64,000 nucleotides of DNA from Leidyana gryllorum EB-2025a (GCA_048772705.1 JBLWGC010000104.1:682001-746000), one strand, 5' to 3'. Counted from the stretch's first letter, positions 38,345 to 50,862 are shown. Numbers and translations are program-made. The notes: generated from the sequence alone by a model not told the origin.

Positions 38345-40815
38345 TCAACGACGCAAAAAGAGAGAGGCAGGTTTGTATGCAGGAATTGTTGGGTAAGACG
38401 GTCTCTGTTGGGGGTTGGAGGAAAGTCCAGTGCTGGGGAGGCCTGTGGATGGTACTCCGGTTGACGTGGTGGAGAGGCTTTGAGGTTCGATCGAACGAGT
38501 AGGGAAAGGGAGAGGGTCTCTGGGGAGCAGCTTGGCTGCGAAGTTGGGGGTATCCGCCCTATGTGGAAAAGGTGGCATCTCGAGTGGCGGTGGAGAATGG
38601 TTCAGCGATAGAACTTTACGATCGGGCAGGCGTCGCGGGCCCTCGCTGAGAGCACTTCTCGCCACGGGTGAATACGAAGAGGCCTTGAGTTGTGGGGGGC
38701 TTCTGCCTCTTGCGTCGATGAATGCGGCGCCGGTGGTGGGGGAACGTGGTTTGAGAGGGAGAGGGGATTTGTGATTAGAGCGTGCCAGGAGTGGCGGCGA
38801 CGGCTGACGATTCATAGCGGCTGCGCTCGTGGCGTTGGACGTTTGCATCTGGTAGATATGTTCAGCCTCCTCGAAGAGGGAGACGAACTTCTTGAGTGAG
38901 TACTTTTTACCATCGTGGAAGACCAGTGGGGTCTTGGATGTTTGGGAGAGACCAATTCGAATCTTTAGATGACCGAAGGTGTAGGCACCTGGTCGCACCC
39001 GAATGCAGAACACTTTACTTGTCCTGCGTGAGTGTAGGTAGCGAAAGTTTGAGAGTTTGTGTGCCTAACCTTAGATTGAAGAACGCTGCAACCGCTTGGT
39101 CAATAGGGTCCCCCGGGACGGGAACGTATTCGGGTCCGACATGGAGGACCTGACCAGGAGCAGCGAAAGGCGACGACGACGAGTTCTCTTGCGGGGGGGT
39201 ATGATTATCGGTTTGACTTTGTGTCAACATCATCCTAGCGGGGCTGCCAGCGCCTGTGGGGGGTCGGCGCGCTTTGTTACTGGTGGGCGACTGAGTCGCT
39301 ATTGTGTCGAGGCTGCGCAGGGCTCTTTCGATATCACTATCAGCGATTCCGCACACTTCGAACGCCGCAGAAGCAAGATGCTTGCGAGTGAGAGTTGCTT
39401 CCGATCGCAAGGATCGTAAGCACATTGATTGACTTCTGAGTTTGAGACTCAGATCACTAATTGTGTCGGCTACCAGGTGGGCCTGGGCGCGAGAGCAGTA
39501 AGTATGTGGGTGCCGATAGACTCACTTACCGGCGGTCCCGAGCCCGGCTTAGTGCTAGCTAAGCGATCCTCCAAGGAAACTATGCGAGCCGACTGAAGGG
39601 GGGGGCTTATGACGCATTTACCGAGAGACTTACCAAATCGGAGATCGTGCGAAGCGCTCCGTCAAGCTGAACCGCTTTGCATTTCGCGGCAGTCTGATAG
39701 AGAGGAGGCGGCATTGGGATTGAGCGTTGGTAGAGAGAGGGTCGTTGCGTACCTGCGTGCGTAAAGCTTCCTTTGTGCGGACGCTGAGGACCTGAACCAT
39801 TGCTCGCAACTCGGAAGGTGACATGCTCATGATCGCTGTACGGGGGAGGGTGCGTGAGACGCCTAAAATCTGAGTAACTCTTACTGGCAGGGTCGAACGA
39901 TGCCTGAGAAGCTTCTTGGGCAGCTCGGCTGACCAGGGGTCCTGATGTCCAGCCGGCGACATCAAGACCCAATCGCATTCCCAAAACCTTTACCAACGCC
40001 TCGAGCTTCAACCTTTGAAACCTTTCGACTGTGAGCTGATGGTGAGAAGATTCTGGAACCGGTGTGGGTGGAGATTGAGACTCACTTCTGTTTGTAGAGC
40101 GTCCACCACGGAGGCTGTTTGGGGTCCATCCGTTGGGGCTGAGTAACTGGTTTCGGCGAGCGTTGCAGTCTGCGGGGAGCGTGTCGGGGTGAGACTTGTG
40201 GAGGCCGGCCCTTGTTGGCGGCCCTCAAGTTGTTGGAGTCTCTGCGAGACGGACTGTAAAGTGGTGAGTATATGGGCTTGGATTGCCGCTGAGGGCGCAG
40301 CACTATCTGTGCAGTTTCAGTGGTGTCTTGAACACATATCGGAGCGACCCACCGGTCTGTGAGACTGCATCTTCATCAAAAGCGAAAGAAGTGTCTTTGT
40401 TCGGCGGTTGGAGATCAGGCGGAGGGGGACTGGCCCCAGAGACGAAACGTGTTCGTCTCGAAGCGATCGCCTGTTTAAGCTGTAATAAACCGTCTTGTAG
40501 GGCTCGCACTGCAGGAGTATTTCAAGTTGCCCGGCCTCGCTTACACTCTGAACGGAGGGCTTGACTGGGGGGAGCCTGTTGCCGTCGAGGCAGATTGTCA
40601 GTGGTTGCAGGAGCAACTTTGAATCGCGATTGGGTGGGCGATGAGGTCAACGTTGAAGGAGTTGTGAGGCTCCCTGCTGCTGCTAGATCGTGTGTGTGGG
40701 GTCGCGAGGCCTGTACCAATGCCCGCTTGAGGTCGGCCAGTGAGGTGTCGGCCTGCGGCTCCTGCATTCCTCGCGGCACCATTTTTTTTACCTTGGTCCA
40801 GTACCTATAGAACAT
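38345..40815 (-). CDS. Multi-exon coiled-coil/low-complexity protein with GAS2(GAR)-like microtubule-binding domain
   Basis: YVPVPGDPIDQAVAAFFN...RVRPGAYTFG..KI resembles alveolate GAS2-like domains. The upstream exon structure is approximate. Confidence 0.55.
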
Positions 40816-40908
40816 TGAGGGTCTAATTAGAGATCCCGCAAGCCCTTCACTACTATCACTCGCGTACAGAGGATCTAATTGATGACAAGAGGTTGGAACA
40901 AATTCAAA

Positions 40909-41394
40909 CTAACAACATAGGAAGTGCTTGCGCACACGTTTCTGGCGACGACCTCCTTGGGGCACTCGCTGGCCTTTGGTCGGTAAGGGATTCACTGGAG
41001 GAACCGCTGCCGGATTGAGAATTCCGTAAGGATCCATAAAAGGTACACCGGATCCGGGAGTCATCATGTATGTGGCTCCTAAGGGCAGGTATTGAATGCC
41101 CCTGAAGTAGTCCAGATCAGGAGTATCGCCTTCGTAAAGCTCCTTGGCGCCCTCGTCTTCTCCGGCGGGTTCCCATTCAGCAGGGAGACTCGCCACAACA
41201 GGTCCGGGCAACCGACGAGCTGCTTCCTCGGGATTGCTGGGGTCAATGGGGATCGTCTTGCCGTCTGGCAGCTGATAATAGGCGTGCGTCTGCATCTCTC
41301 CCACCGCCTGGGGCGGAGGGTTCGGGGTACGGATGCCCGTCGGACTTGCTTGATTAGAAGGCCCTTCCATCGTGTGCATGCGGCGCTGTTGCAT
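40909..41394 (-). CDS. Small Pro-rich protein with polybasic + CC C-terminus (predicted lipidated)
   Basis: Ends GRRQKRVRKHFLCC*. Confidence 0.6.
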   Translation of the reverse strand: MQQRRMHTMEGPSNQASPTGIRTPNPPPQAVGEMQTHAYYQLPDGKTIPIDPSNPEEAARRLPGPVVASLPAEWEPAGEDEGAKELYEGDTPDLDYFRGIQYLPLGATYMMTPGSGVPFMDPYGILNPAAVPPVNPLPTKGQRVPQGGRRQKRVRKHFLCC

Positions 41395-41400
41395 GTACTG

Positions 41401-42500
41401 ATGGTGGACCTACGGCGGGCGTTCACCGAATCGGCTTCCAGCTCGGAAGATGAAGGCAGAGACGCTGCCGTATCTCAGGCCAACTTGGTAAGACTCAACT
41501 TTGTCTCTCCTCATACCGACTCAACAGACCGCTGTGCAACGTACAGAAGGTCCACGACTGGCTGTCAGCTCCGAAGTGCCAGGTGCCATAGATCGAAACT
41601 TTGTTCCACCCAAATTCGCCAAAACGGACGACCAGATGGAACGCATATCCGCGATAGTTAAGAAGTCCTTCATGTTTCAGGTGAGCCGATTGAGTGTCTC
41701 CGTGTGTGCATATTCCAACACGCACTCAGGCTTTGGACGAGACCGATTTCCAAATTGTGCTCGACGCCTTTGAGGAGAAACCCTTCAAAAAGGGGGACGA
41801 GATGATCAAACAGGGAGCCGAAGGCGACTGCTTGTACCTGGTGGAGTCAGGAAAGTTCAGTGTCTGGAAACAGGGAGCCAACGAAGACCAACCTCGTCGG
41901 GTAAATGAGATGGGTGCGGGTCAGGTTATTGGGGAACTCGCATTGCTGTATTCTGCACCGCGAGCTGCAACTGTCATTGCGGAGGAAGACGCCACTGTGT
42001 GGAGATTGGATCGGAGCACTTTCAGCAATGTGGTGCGAGTGTCTGCCATGAAGAAGAGAGAGAAGTATGCCGGGTTTTTACGGAAAGTTGAGATATTGAA
42101 GGATTTGGACGACTACGATATTATGGAGCTCTGCGACGCTGTCCACGTTACCGAGCCTTATGATGAGGGCGACAACGTTGTGATCCAGGGCGACAGTGAC
42201 AACGTCAACCACTTTTACATTTTGGGTGAGTGATCATCAATCTATGGCAATGGACGGTGACTTCCCGTGGCTACAGAGAGTGGAGAAGCGGAGGCAATCA
42301 AAGACGGTCAAGTTGTTATGAAATATAAACCGGGAGACTACTTTGGTGAGTTGGCCTTACTGCGTCCTGTGCCCCGCCAAGCTACTGTCCGAATTACTAA
42401 AACTCCGGCTCGATGTTTATATCTCGGGCGTGATGCCTTCAACAGGCTTCTGGGGCCCCTGGAGGACTTACTCAACAAGCGCACTACGCAATATGAGTAG
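41401..42500 (+). CDS. PKAR: cAMP-dependent protein kinase regulatory subunit
   Basis: Inhibitor-site-like PRLAVSSE and two cNMP cassettes, GELALLYSAPRAAT and FGELALLRPVPRQAT. Introns ~41488-41528, 41681-41729 and 42226-42275. Confidence 0.92.
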
Positions 42501-42737
42501 AGGAGTGAGGGGATGAATCGAGAAGAAGGCTGTGATAGAACCAGCGACCTATTTTCATCCATGTCTCAGTGAAGACTGTTATGCGAGAGCCTATTAACGG
42601 GTGAAGGAGTGATACGATATACGTCGTTTTGTGATTCTCCAACAAGCTTTGCGTAATTATGTCGGTTGGGACTCGCGCCCCGCGGGTGGCTGGCCGGATC
42701 GAACACGGTGTAGGAAAATAGAGAGCGCAGGTGCGGA

Positions 42738-43181
42738 ATGAGGCCTCATTTCATTGTATTGCTGTTGACAGCCGTATGGTTAGTCGCAGCCAAGTTATCT
42801 GAGCCTACCAAGGCGCGAAACCTGCTGGACGATCGTTTCGATGAGTTTGGACGCGAGTATGATGAAAGAGAGGAGTTGACTGGAATCAGTTGCGCGTTGA
42901 TCACTGGAGATTGCAGCGCCTGTGCAACGACCCCCGGATGTGGATATTGTGCGTCAGCCGGTAGGTGGTGGTGACGGGTGCAAAATAATACTGTAATAAA
43001 CCCAGGTGTATGTATGGACGAGAGAGGCCCCTGTGCCGAGAGTCGACCAGTGACATGGCATTGGCATTGTCCTGATCATGTCCGATGGTGGGTCGTTTTG
43101 TTGATCATCTTGGCCATCTTGGTGTGTTTGGGAGCATTGATGGGGTGCGCATTGCGGTTCGTATGCTGTTGTTGCGTGTGA
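42738..43181 (+). CDS. Small type-I membrane protein with PSI-like Cys domain (PTTG1IP-like architecture)
   Basis: Signal peptide, CSAC..TPGCGYC...GVC...C...WHC, a TM helix and a CCC tail. One intron at ~42961-43005. Confidence 0.6.
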
Positions 43182-43204
43182 GTAACAAACCTTTTTTTGG
43201 ACTC

Positions 43205-43987
43205 ATGGCCAACCCAACGAGCACTGCCCGAAGCTTCCAGCTTGAAGGCTGGGAGCAATCGGACTTTCCTATCGTATGCGAAACCTGTTTGGGAGATAAC
43301 CCGCAAGTTCGAATGCAAAAGGCCCCTTGCGACAAGGAGTGCAAGATATGCAATAGACCCTATACTGTGTTCAGGTGGCAGCCAGGTCGTCATGCGCGCT
43401 ACAAGAACACAATAATATGTCAAATGTGCGCCAGACAGAAGAACGTCTGTCAAGTCTGCCTCTATGACCTGCAATGGGGGCTACCAGTCCAAATTCGGGA
43501 CCACTTCCTGGAAGGCGGGGGCGGCGGTCAGCTACAGCAGACCAGCAATGTACTGGACGTTCCATCGTCTCGTGTAAATCGCGATTATGCAGTCCATCGA
43601 CAGGAACATATGCCAGTGCCAGATGCAGGGTTCGACAAAGTCCAGCATCATCCCATCCTTCAGAAACTCCAGAGGACAGCCCCGTACTATGCCCGAAACC
43701 AAGAGAGAGTTTGCTCTTTCTGGCGTAAAGGGAACTGTACTCGAGGAGAAAGATGTCCCTATCGGCATGAGGAAGACCATCACGACCCAGCCCTCTCTAA
43801 CCAAAAGATTAAAGATCGATATTTCGGTGTCAATGACCCTGTTGCTAGTAAGCTAATGAAGAAACACGAAGAAGAGGAACAGAAGCGCGCTGCAAACGCA
43901 AACACCAACAACAATAGTGTCGCCCAACAACCACAGCCCCCACCGCCACAGCAGCAACAACAACAACAGTCGCAGCCGCCGTCTTGA
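43205..43987 (+). CDS. RBM22: Pre-mRNA splicing factor RBM22/Slt11-like (zinc-binding + CCCH), no RRM
   Basis: WEQSDFPIVCETCLGDNP.VRM.K, CKIC.RP.TVFRW, KNVCQVCL.DL, CSFW.KG.C.RGERCPYRHE and DRY.G.NDPVA.KL. Confidence 0.93.
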   Translation: MANPTSTARSFQLEGWEQSDFPIVCETCLGDNPQVRMQKAPCDKECKICNRPYTVFRWQPGRHARYKNTIICQMCARQKNVCQVCLYDLQWGLPVQIRDHFLEGGGGGQLQQTSNVLDVPSSRVNRDYAVHRQEHMPVPDAGFDKVQHHPILQKLQRTAPYYARNQERVCSFWRKGNCTRGERCPYRHEEDHHDPALSNQKIKDRYFGVNDPVASKLMKKHEEEEQKRAANANTNNNSVAQQPQPPPPQQQQQQQSQPPS

Positions 43988-44036
43988 AACAAATCCAATC
44001 CCCTTTTTCAGTAGATACCATCAAAACTTTACATAT

Positions 44037-44596
44037 ATGCCAACCTCTCTAGTCCCCTTCATTGGCCCGTTGAGGTGAGACAGACGCAACCCCATCCCTG
44101 CAATCTCCTCCTATTCCCACAACAGCTTTGCTCTCCAAGTCGTGTGGCCCTTTGTTGTCACCGTTGGAGTAGCCAGTGACCCCAAGGGCCAATCGCCCCA
44201 TGCCATCATACAATGGACACTTTATTGGATGATCTATGCCATCTGGTCCTTGCTCGAGGGTTCAGTCCTATACTGGCTGGTTGAATAGTAAGTCATGTAT
44301 AAACAGACTCCCCACATATATACATCTATCACATCCTCAGCCTGCCCCTTTATATGGAAGTCAAAGCGGTCTTCTTCTTCTGGCTCGTTAGCCCAGTTTT
44401 CCAGGGCGCAGGCTACCTCTGGTACCGCGTACTCAACGAGTACTGCGCCCAACACATCAACCGCCTCCGACAGTGGTATGAACTGCGGGCTCCACCTGCT
44501 CTTCTCAGCCATGTGCCTGTCACCCAAACCAAGTCCGCGCCGTGGAACAACAATCAGCAAGCAACCCCCTCCACATCAAACGAGGCGCGAATGTAG
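44037..44596 (+). CDS. HVA22/TB2/DP1 (REEP/Yop1) family ER-shaping protein
   Basis: Spliced QWTLYWMIYAIWSLLE...LPLYMEVKAVFFFWLVSPVFQGAGYLW, with two short introns. Confidence 0.85.
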
Positions 44597-44605
44597 CCAA
44601 CTGTT

Positions 44606-45126
44606 CTATGCTTGTCTTTTGCCCGTACCTCCACCGCCTGACACGCGCTTCAAGAATGCTGCCAATGGGTCGTTTTCTTCAATACCACTGCCCCCCTTCG
44701 ATGTTTGGAGAGGCGCTTTCTTGGGTGGAGGACCGGGTTGTACAACCGCATCTTTCAGCAACTGCCGCATCATAGCCAAACTGGCAAACCACGTCTGACT
44801 TAGAGCTGCAAAGTACCCTTTATCGAGTAAACAACGCTTTATTTCCCTGGCGGCGTCCTCTATAGCACTCAAAGTGAGGCTGCTGGACTTGACTAAGTCA
44901 TCTTTGTTGCTGGCTGATTTATCTGTGGCACCTTTCAACAGCTCAAGATGCCGACGCGCGCACTTTATGGCGTGGCGAACACGCAATATATATGGTTGTC
45001 GCCGATGTGCATGACGTGCCTGCATGACGTTCCAATGTACACCGTTACATTCATCAAAGGTCTGCTTACCGCGAAGATATTGAGGGCCAGTAACTCAGTT
45101 TCAAAACGGAACCGTTGGCAGTCCAT
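44606..45126 (-). CDS. Possible RNase MRP subunit RMP1/NEPRO-like protein
   Basis: E...L......HAHRRQPY..RVRHA.K and LL.KGYFAALS..WFASLAM loosely resemble RMP1/NEPRO motifs. One intron at ~45020-45069. Confidence 0.4.
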
Positions 45127-45140
45127 TACAAAAACCTATT

Positions 45141-46152
45141 TTAGGTTGTGTCAGACTTTTCAGCCGCCCAATGTTTGATCAGTGGGATCGGTAGGGCAGT
45201 AGGCTCCAGGACTGCCGTCCGTGGGGTGTCGGACACGCTGCTAAAACTCCTGGATGGGCCGCGTGTGGTGGGAAAACCAGCTACCTCGAATTTGGGCAGC
45301 GGGCGGAATCTGTGGCTGGACGTGCTGGTCAAACTGCTATGGGAATGCAGGCGGGGAATACTGGTAGCCCTAAAGATGTGGTCCGAATCAGAATTGTCGC
45401 GAACAAATAGTGGCCCAGGTGAAGCAGGGCTGGCTGGCGACTGGCAATGCAGACGTGAAAGATCGCTGAAGGATCGATGCTTTATACAGCTCAAAGCGGC
45501 GGCCAGTTCCTGCCTTGTGGTGCTGAGAGCTGAAAGAGTGCCTGAACTGCTAACGAAGCTCTCTGCGTATCCGTCTTCGTCGTCTGAGAAAGCGGAGATA
45601 TCAGCACTAGCTGTTGAGATGAGACAATGTTTGGGATGGCGGATCCCGAATTCCGCTGTCCGCGGTGAGCCTAGGGTGGGAGGAGAGAAGGGGCGTGTAT
45701 GTTTCCTCCGCCTCGGTTTCCTTGGTTTGGGTGGAACTCGCGCGTACGCGTGATTGTTGAAGACCTTCAGTTTCCGGGTGCGGAGACAGAAGCCCACTCG
45801 TAGTGGAGCTTTGATGACGACCGTAGGACAGCTTGTCAAAGCCCTGCGGTAAACAGATGGTCCCCGTTTGGCCGGAAATGGTGTCGGAATGACAATGTCA
45901 CAGAGCGACCGAGCCTGGCGCCGGTCGAGGTCTGGAGTAGCATGATAGTGTATGGTTCCGGATTTGTTTACCTGGAGTGATCTTTTGTTGACAAAATTGC
46001 GACCAGCTTTCTTCTTTGATGACCTCTAAGCGTTCCCGCTCAGCTGTCATAAGCTTTTCCATTGGGTCTCCGGAGCACGTTTGATGGTTCGACGGTACCG
46101 AGTAGTGTCGTACCCCCGCTAGTAGAACAGAGTCCATTTGAGCGAGATCCAT
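45141..46152 (-). CDS. Ser/Arg-rich hypothetical protein
   Basis: ORFs 45898-46191 and 45141-45839 are joinable by GT..AG intron(s); no motif recognised. Confidence 0.45.
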
Positions 46153-46187
46153 GACGTGTTCGATATATGATGCACCTTTCAACAAAA

Positions 46188-47248
46188 TCAATCAAGACGT
46201 TTGCGAGGCTTGTTGGGTTCTCCTTTTCCAGCGACTTCTTCTTTCTCTTGCAGGGGTGAAGTGGTATCGGTCTTCTTGTGGTCGGCAGCCGATGTCATGA
46301 AGCGCTGCGTGTTGGTCCAGTAGTATATGATCTGGGCGAGGACACATCCGTTCACACACATGGCAGTGGTGTGGCTTGCCTACGCAATTGAGCGAAGAGA
46401 ATGAACGCAGCGAGCGCGTTATGTCGCTTACCAAGACAAAGGGATCCTTGACCTGAATCATTGTGCTGGTGACACGCGCAGTGTTGCCCGCAACCTGCAT
46501 TATCAGGGAGGCCAGCGCTAATTGACCCGTATGCTTCTGACGGAAGTTTCGGGTAATTTGAGGCAAGCGAGATGCCACGACTGCAGTGGGAAAAAGATAG
46601 ATTAGTGGGGCGCCCACCCGGTTGGCTACTCACTCATCGGCATCGGTGCGATGCCAAATAGATAGAGCACAGGTGCTGGAAGCCGTCCTGCAAAGTGAAG
46701 ATCGAGTGAGTGCGTGGTGAGCATGTCTCCTTACCAGTGACTGTGAGAGTAAAGAAGAATAGCCAAATACCGGCAACAACCACTCTAAATCTCTTCTGTT
46801 GGGACGTAGCCTCACTCAGAGACCAGATGAGGGCTACGATGACCAAATATTCGCAACCTAAAACCGACAGTGTCTATACAACATTGCTGACAGCCATCGC
46901 GTTACCTGCGAAAAAACTGTCGCCCCAAGTCATGAAAGGATAGCCTTGCGTATAATTGAAGGACAGGTACATAAAGGAGCTGGCAGACTGTGAGGAAGTC
47001 GTTACTGTACTCCGCTCTCACACATTTACCTGCATCAGCCAACTCGCTTCCGATAGTCCCGCCACAGATTTGTTCTTGAGAATCTTATAGATCTGCGGCA
47101 GTTGGACCACCAACCCTCCAGAAAGGAGCAACAGGTTGAGGGCGAACATGGCTACCTGTGTGTGGCCGCATGAGTGATACGTGGTGCCGCCGACCGATAG
47201 ACTTACATTGCCAAAGATTCCCCCAGAAGAGGTAAGGTGTGGCGACAT
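46188..47248 (-). CDS. MPDU1: PQ-loop protein, MPDU1/Lec35-like
   Basis: QLPQIYKILKNKSVAGLS, GYPFMTWGD, SRLPQI..NFRQKHTGQL, GNTARV..T.IQVKDP and LAQIIYYW. Confidence 0.85.
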
Positions 47249-47346
47249 GGAGAGGCAATTAAATTTTCACCTTTCGTTCTTGTTGGTTTGTACCTTTTTC
47301 ACTCTGAATTATGTTGGGAGCAGCGCATTTCAAGGGGATTGCCCCC

Positions 47347-49435
47347 ATGAATCGATTCGATGAGACACCTGCCCAAACTCTGGCCCCTCCGCCAACTCTA
47401 AAGTCCTCGATCGCGGGCCGGAGGCCACAGATCCTGGTGCTGAAAGTCGGTACCAGTACACTCATGAAAGCTGGCGGACACTCATTCTCACTGGCTAACC
47501 TTGGGAAGTTTGTAGATGCGGTTTGCGACTTGAAAGAACGAGGCTATCATGTGAGCGTCATCCCCCCTTCTGTTGACAATGAGGCCACAGGTGGTCATGA
47601 TTTCCAGTGGAGCAGTAGGCTCAGGCTGCGTACACATGCACATATTCAATCGGCCCAAAGAAATGGTCGAGAAACAAGCTGTCTCGGCCGTCGGGCAATG
47701 TCGTTTGGTCCGATTGTGGGAGGATATATTTGCCATCCGAGAGACGAAAGTCGCTCAACTTCTGGTTACACGGTAACCTAAGCCCCAAACAGCTCACAGA
47801 CAATCCGCTCGTTCCAACACGGCAGAACGGACCTTATATACCGTCCAAGATTCGTCAACTTTCGGAACACTCTGCTGCAACTCCTAAATATGGATGTTAT
47901 ACCTATCATCAACGAGAACGATGCCCTCGCCACTGAGGGGCTCAAATTCGGAGTAGGCCAGCTCAGCGACCGTGTCGAATCCCCCCCTCTCTGCCCGCCG
48001 CTCCCACCCCTTCACCCCAGTCCTACTTCACACATAGTTGTCGATATATCTATACGATGCTGCACTTGTTAGGATAATGACACGTTGGGGGCTTACGTGT
48101 CCGTTTCTATTGGAGCAAATTGGTATTTCATGCTCACTGATGTTGACTGCTTGTTCACGGCTAACCCGCGGCATCATGCTGACGCGAAACCCGTAGCATA
48201 TGTTGGAAAAATAGACCGAATCTCGACAATTCTGGATGCTGATGAGAGTGAGTCGTCTCTCCCACCCTTAACATTGGGATTTATTCCAGACGAGGGTACC
48301 GAGTGGGGGTCTGGCGGCATGAGGACCAAAATCATTGCCGCGAAGTTGTGCTGCGCCACGGGAATACACACGGCGCTGTGCCATGGAGCCTTCCCAGAGT
48401 GCGTCAACCTTTATTTTAGCGACAATCTTCTTCCAGGCGCATTTTGGATATCGTCGGGTTCGCTGAGGCGAAAGCGCCTTGCCGAAAGGTTCCCAGCACA
48501 AGCACCATTGCTACTCCCGCAGGCAACGGATGCGAGGTGTCAATGTCCGGCTCGCCGGAGTATCCAGCGCAGCCGTTGACAAGTAACTTCGTGGCGGGAC
48601 TCAAAAGAGCCGCTACAAGTGTAGCACGTGTGGAGGGACAGCAACCTAGTTCGAGCGGCCGCGTGGACTCGGAATCGGACCTGTCGGACTCTCCGCACGA
48701 CAAAGATCGAAAGCTGGCGTTCATCACCTTCCCAAGCATCGAGGCCATGCCCTATGTTGGCACCATATTCGCAGGCCAGCCGTGTACGCAGTCCCTCAGG
48801 GACCAACGACGGTGGATTCTTTCGCTCCCCGTGCGTGGGCGAATCTACCTTGATGATGCTACCTGCCGCGCGGTGATTGAGAAGCGCAAGAGTCTGTATG
48901 CCTTGGGCGTAGTCGCCATCAAAGTGAGTTTTATACCTCCAGCACAAGCGCTATGCCTGCACACGTGTCTCACTCGACTGCCTTATCACTTATTAACCCT
49001 GTGTTCAGGATGATTTTTATCCTGGAGAAGCTGTTGCCCTATTACAAGCCACTGGATCAGTAAACAGTGGAGAAGAAAGAGAAGAAAATGAATTGGCACG
49101 ATGCTTAGTTAACTTTAGTTCCCAAGAACTACAAAAGATCAAAGGAAAGAAGAGCTGCGACTTCCAGCGCATCTTGGGCTATTACTGTGCGCACGAAGTT
49201 GCCCACAAGAGTGACATTATATTTGTAAGGCACCCCGTATGCCACTTGCTCAAATATACCGTGTGTGTTTGCCTGCTGACAGGTTAATCCCGGGCCCGTA
49301 TACGAGAAATATCATGTAAAGATAACCCGTGAGATGGTTGAATCATCCGATGAGGAGGAGCAGGCGGTCGAGTTAGAGCAACCAGCCTTTTCGCCCGTAC
49401 CGGTTCCGGCCGAGGGCGAAACTCAATTTGCTTGA
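47347..49435 (+). CDS. proB: Glutamate 5-kinase with C-terminal PUA domain
   Basis: VLKVGTS, ISSGAVG.G, KQA.SAVGQ, IPIINENDA, KFGDND, LTDVD.L..ANP and WGSGGM.TKI.AA, then PUA G.IYLDD...KSL and ARCLVNFSS.EL.KI.GKKS. Confidence 0.92.
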
Positions 49436-49509
49436 AGACAAATCTATTTTCCCTTTCATTGTGCGACAGGTAGCCTGACAGACATACACCTCTCTGTTCA
49501 TCACTTCCA

Positions 49510-50310
49510 ATGGACCACGCTGCCAAGCATACTGACCTTTCAGGCCGTCAGTGGCTTCGCGGTCTTATTCCTTCATCTCGCGCTCGCGTTAGAGCTCCGC
49601 ATCGTCGCCCTTTTGGGATTGTCAGTGGCACTGCCCTCAGCTTCTGGAGTGTTCTGGAAGAGCCTGTAGTAGAGAAATGTGCATCATTGCGTCCACCATT
49701 CATCGTCTTCCCAAGGCATTGCTTCGATGAGATTTGCAGAAGTCCTGCTCGATTGCGATCATCATCTCGTAAGCCTGACCTTTCACGTTTCTGACCAATG
49801 CCATTGTCCGCAGCTCTTGATGTTCAGAATGTGCGGACCCCTCAAGGCGTGCGGGTCGCGCCCACAGATTTAGAGTGCCCAGGTGCTCCTTTGCGAGGAG
49901 GCCACCGGCTCGACCGCGACTGGAGCCCCCTGTGGAACGCCGAATATCGGCAGGCCGCATGTGAACCTGACTTCACCGCTCACGCGCCGATGTTTCCAGA
50001 GTTCATGGACACGCCTGTGCCCGTGCCGATCCCACTGCCCCCAAAGCGACGTTACAGCTATACTTCAAATAGACGTCAGTGGCGATTGCTGCTGAATTCC
50101 GACTTTCCTTCACAGTCGAGCCGTCACCAGCCTTTGAGTGCCACGAGCGCTCGAGGAGCGTTCGTTGAGGTAAGATTAGAACCATACACACGTGTTTCGA
50201 CACCACCCGTCCCAGTCTTACATCGCCGAAAATCCTCCTCACGGCCGGAAGGGCCTGATTTGGGACCTTACTGTCCACGTATTCATTGCGCCCAAATTCA
50301 AAGTTCCTAG
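49510..50310 (+). CDS. Hypothetical protein (2 exons)
   Basis: ORFs 49510-49794 and 49798-50310 are joinable by an intron gtaag..ccgcag at ~49769-49813. Confidence 0.4.
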
Positions 50311-50498
50311 CTTAGCCCGTCGGTCACAGAAGTTTCGAGTGTACCGCTAATTTTAATTGAATTACCAACAATAATAATGTATATTTGAGTGTAGATTTCC
50401 AACTTCATTGGCTCAGGGTGCAATCAACCGGCGGTTGCCGGCTTTGCGTGTGTGTGCACGTGGTGCAGGAGGCTGTGGGTGAGCATGTGAGTTGCGGA

Positions 50499-50862
50499 AT
50501 GGTAAGTGACAGCTGTCAGCGATTGTGCAAGCGCTGCGCAGGCATCGACCAGTGCTCGTCGTATGTTGAACAATCCAGCGGATGCTATGAACGATGGCGA
50601 TACTATGAGCGAAGTTGGTCTAACTAAACTGCGGCGCAAACGGCCCTTGACTCGCTCGATTCCTTTCTCTCGCAAACTGACTCGCATAGCTGATCCGGCG
50701 GAGGCGGCCCCTAAGGCTTCCGATCCACCCAAGAAAAGTCCGCCATTTCCAGTACTCGAAACCATCATGGAAGAGGACGACGCCTCCTCCGTAGCGTCTT
50801 CCGATCTCCTGGTTGATACTCCCTCCACATTGCCTCCCGAAAATGCACCGCATGGGGACTAG
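50499..50862 (+). CDS. Small hypothetical protein
   Basis: ATG|gtaagt..cgcag followed by an open frame to TAG 50862. Confidence 0.35.
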
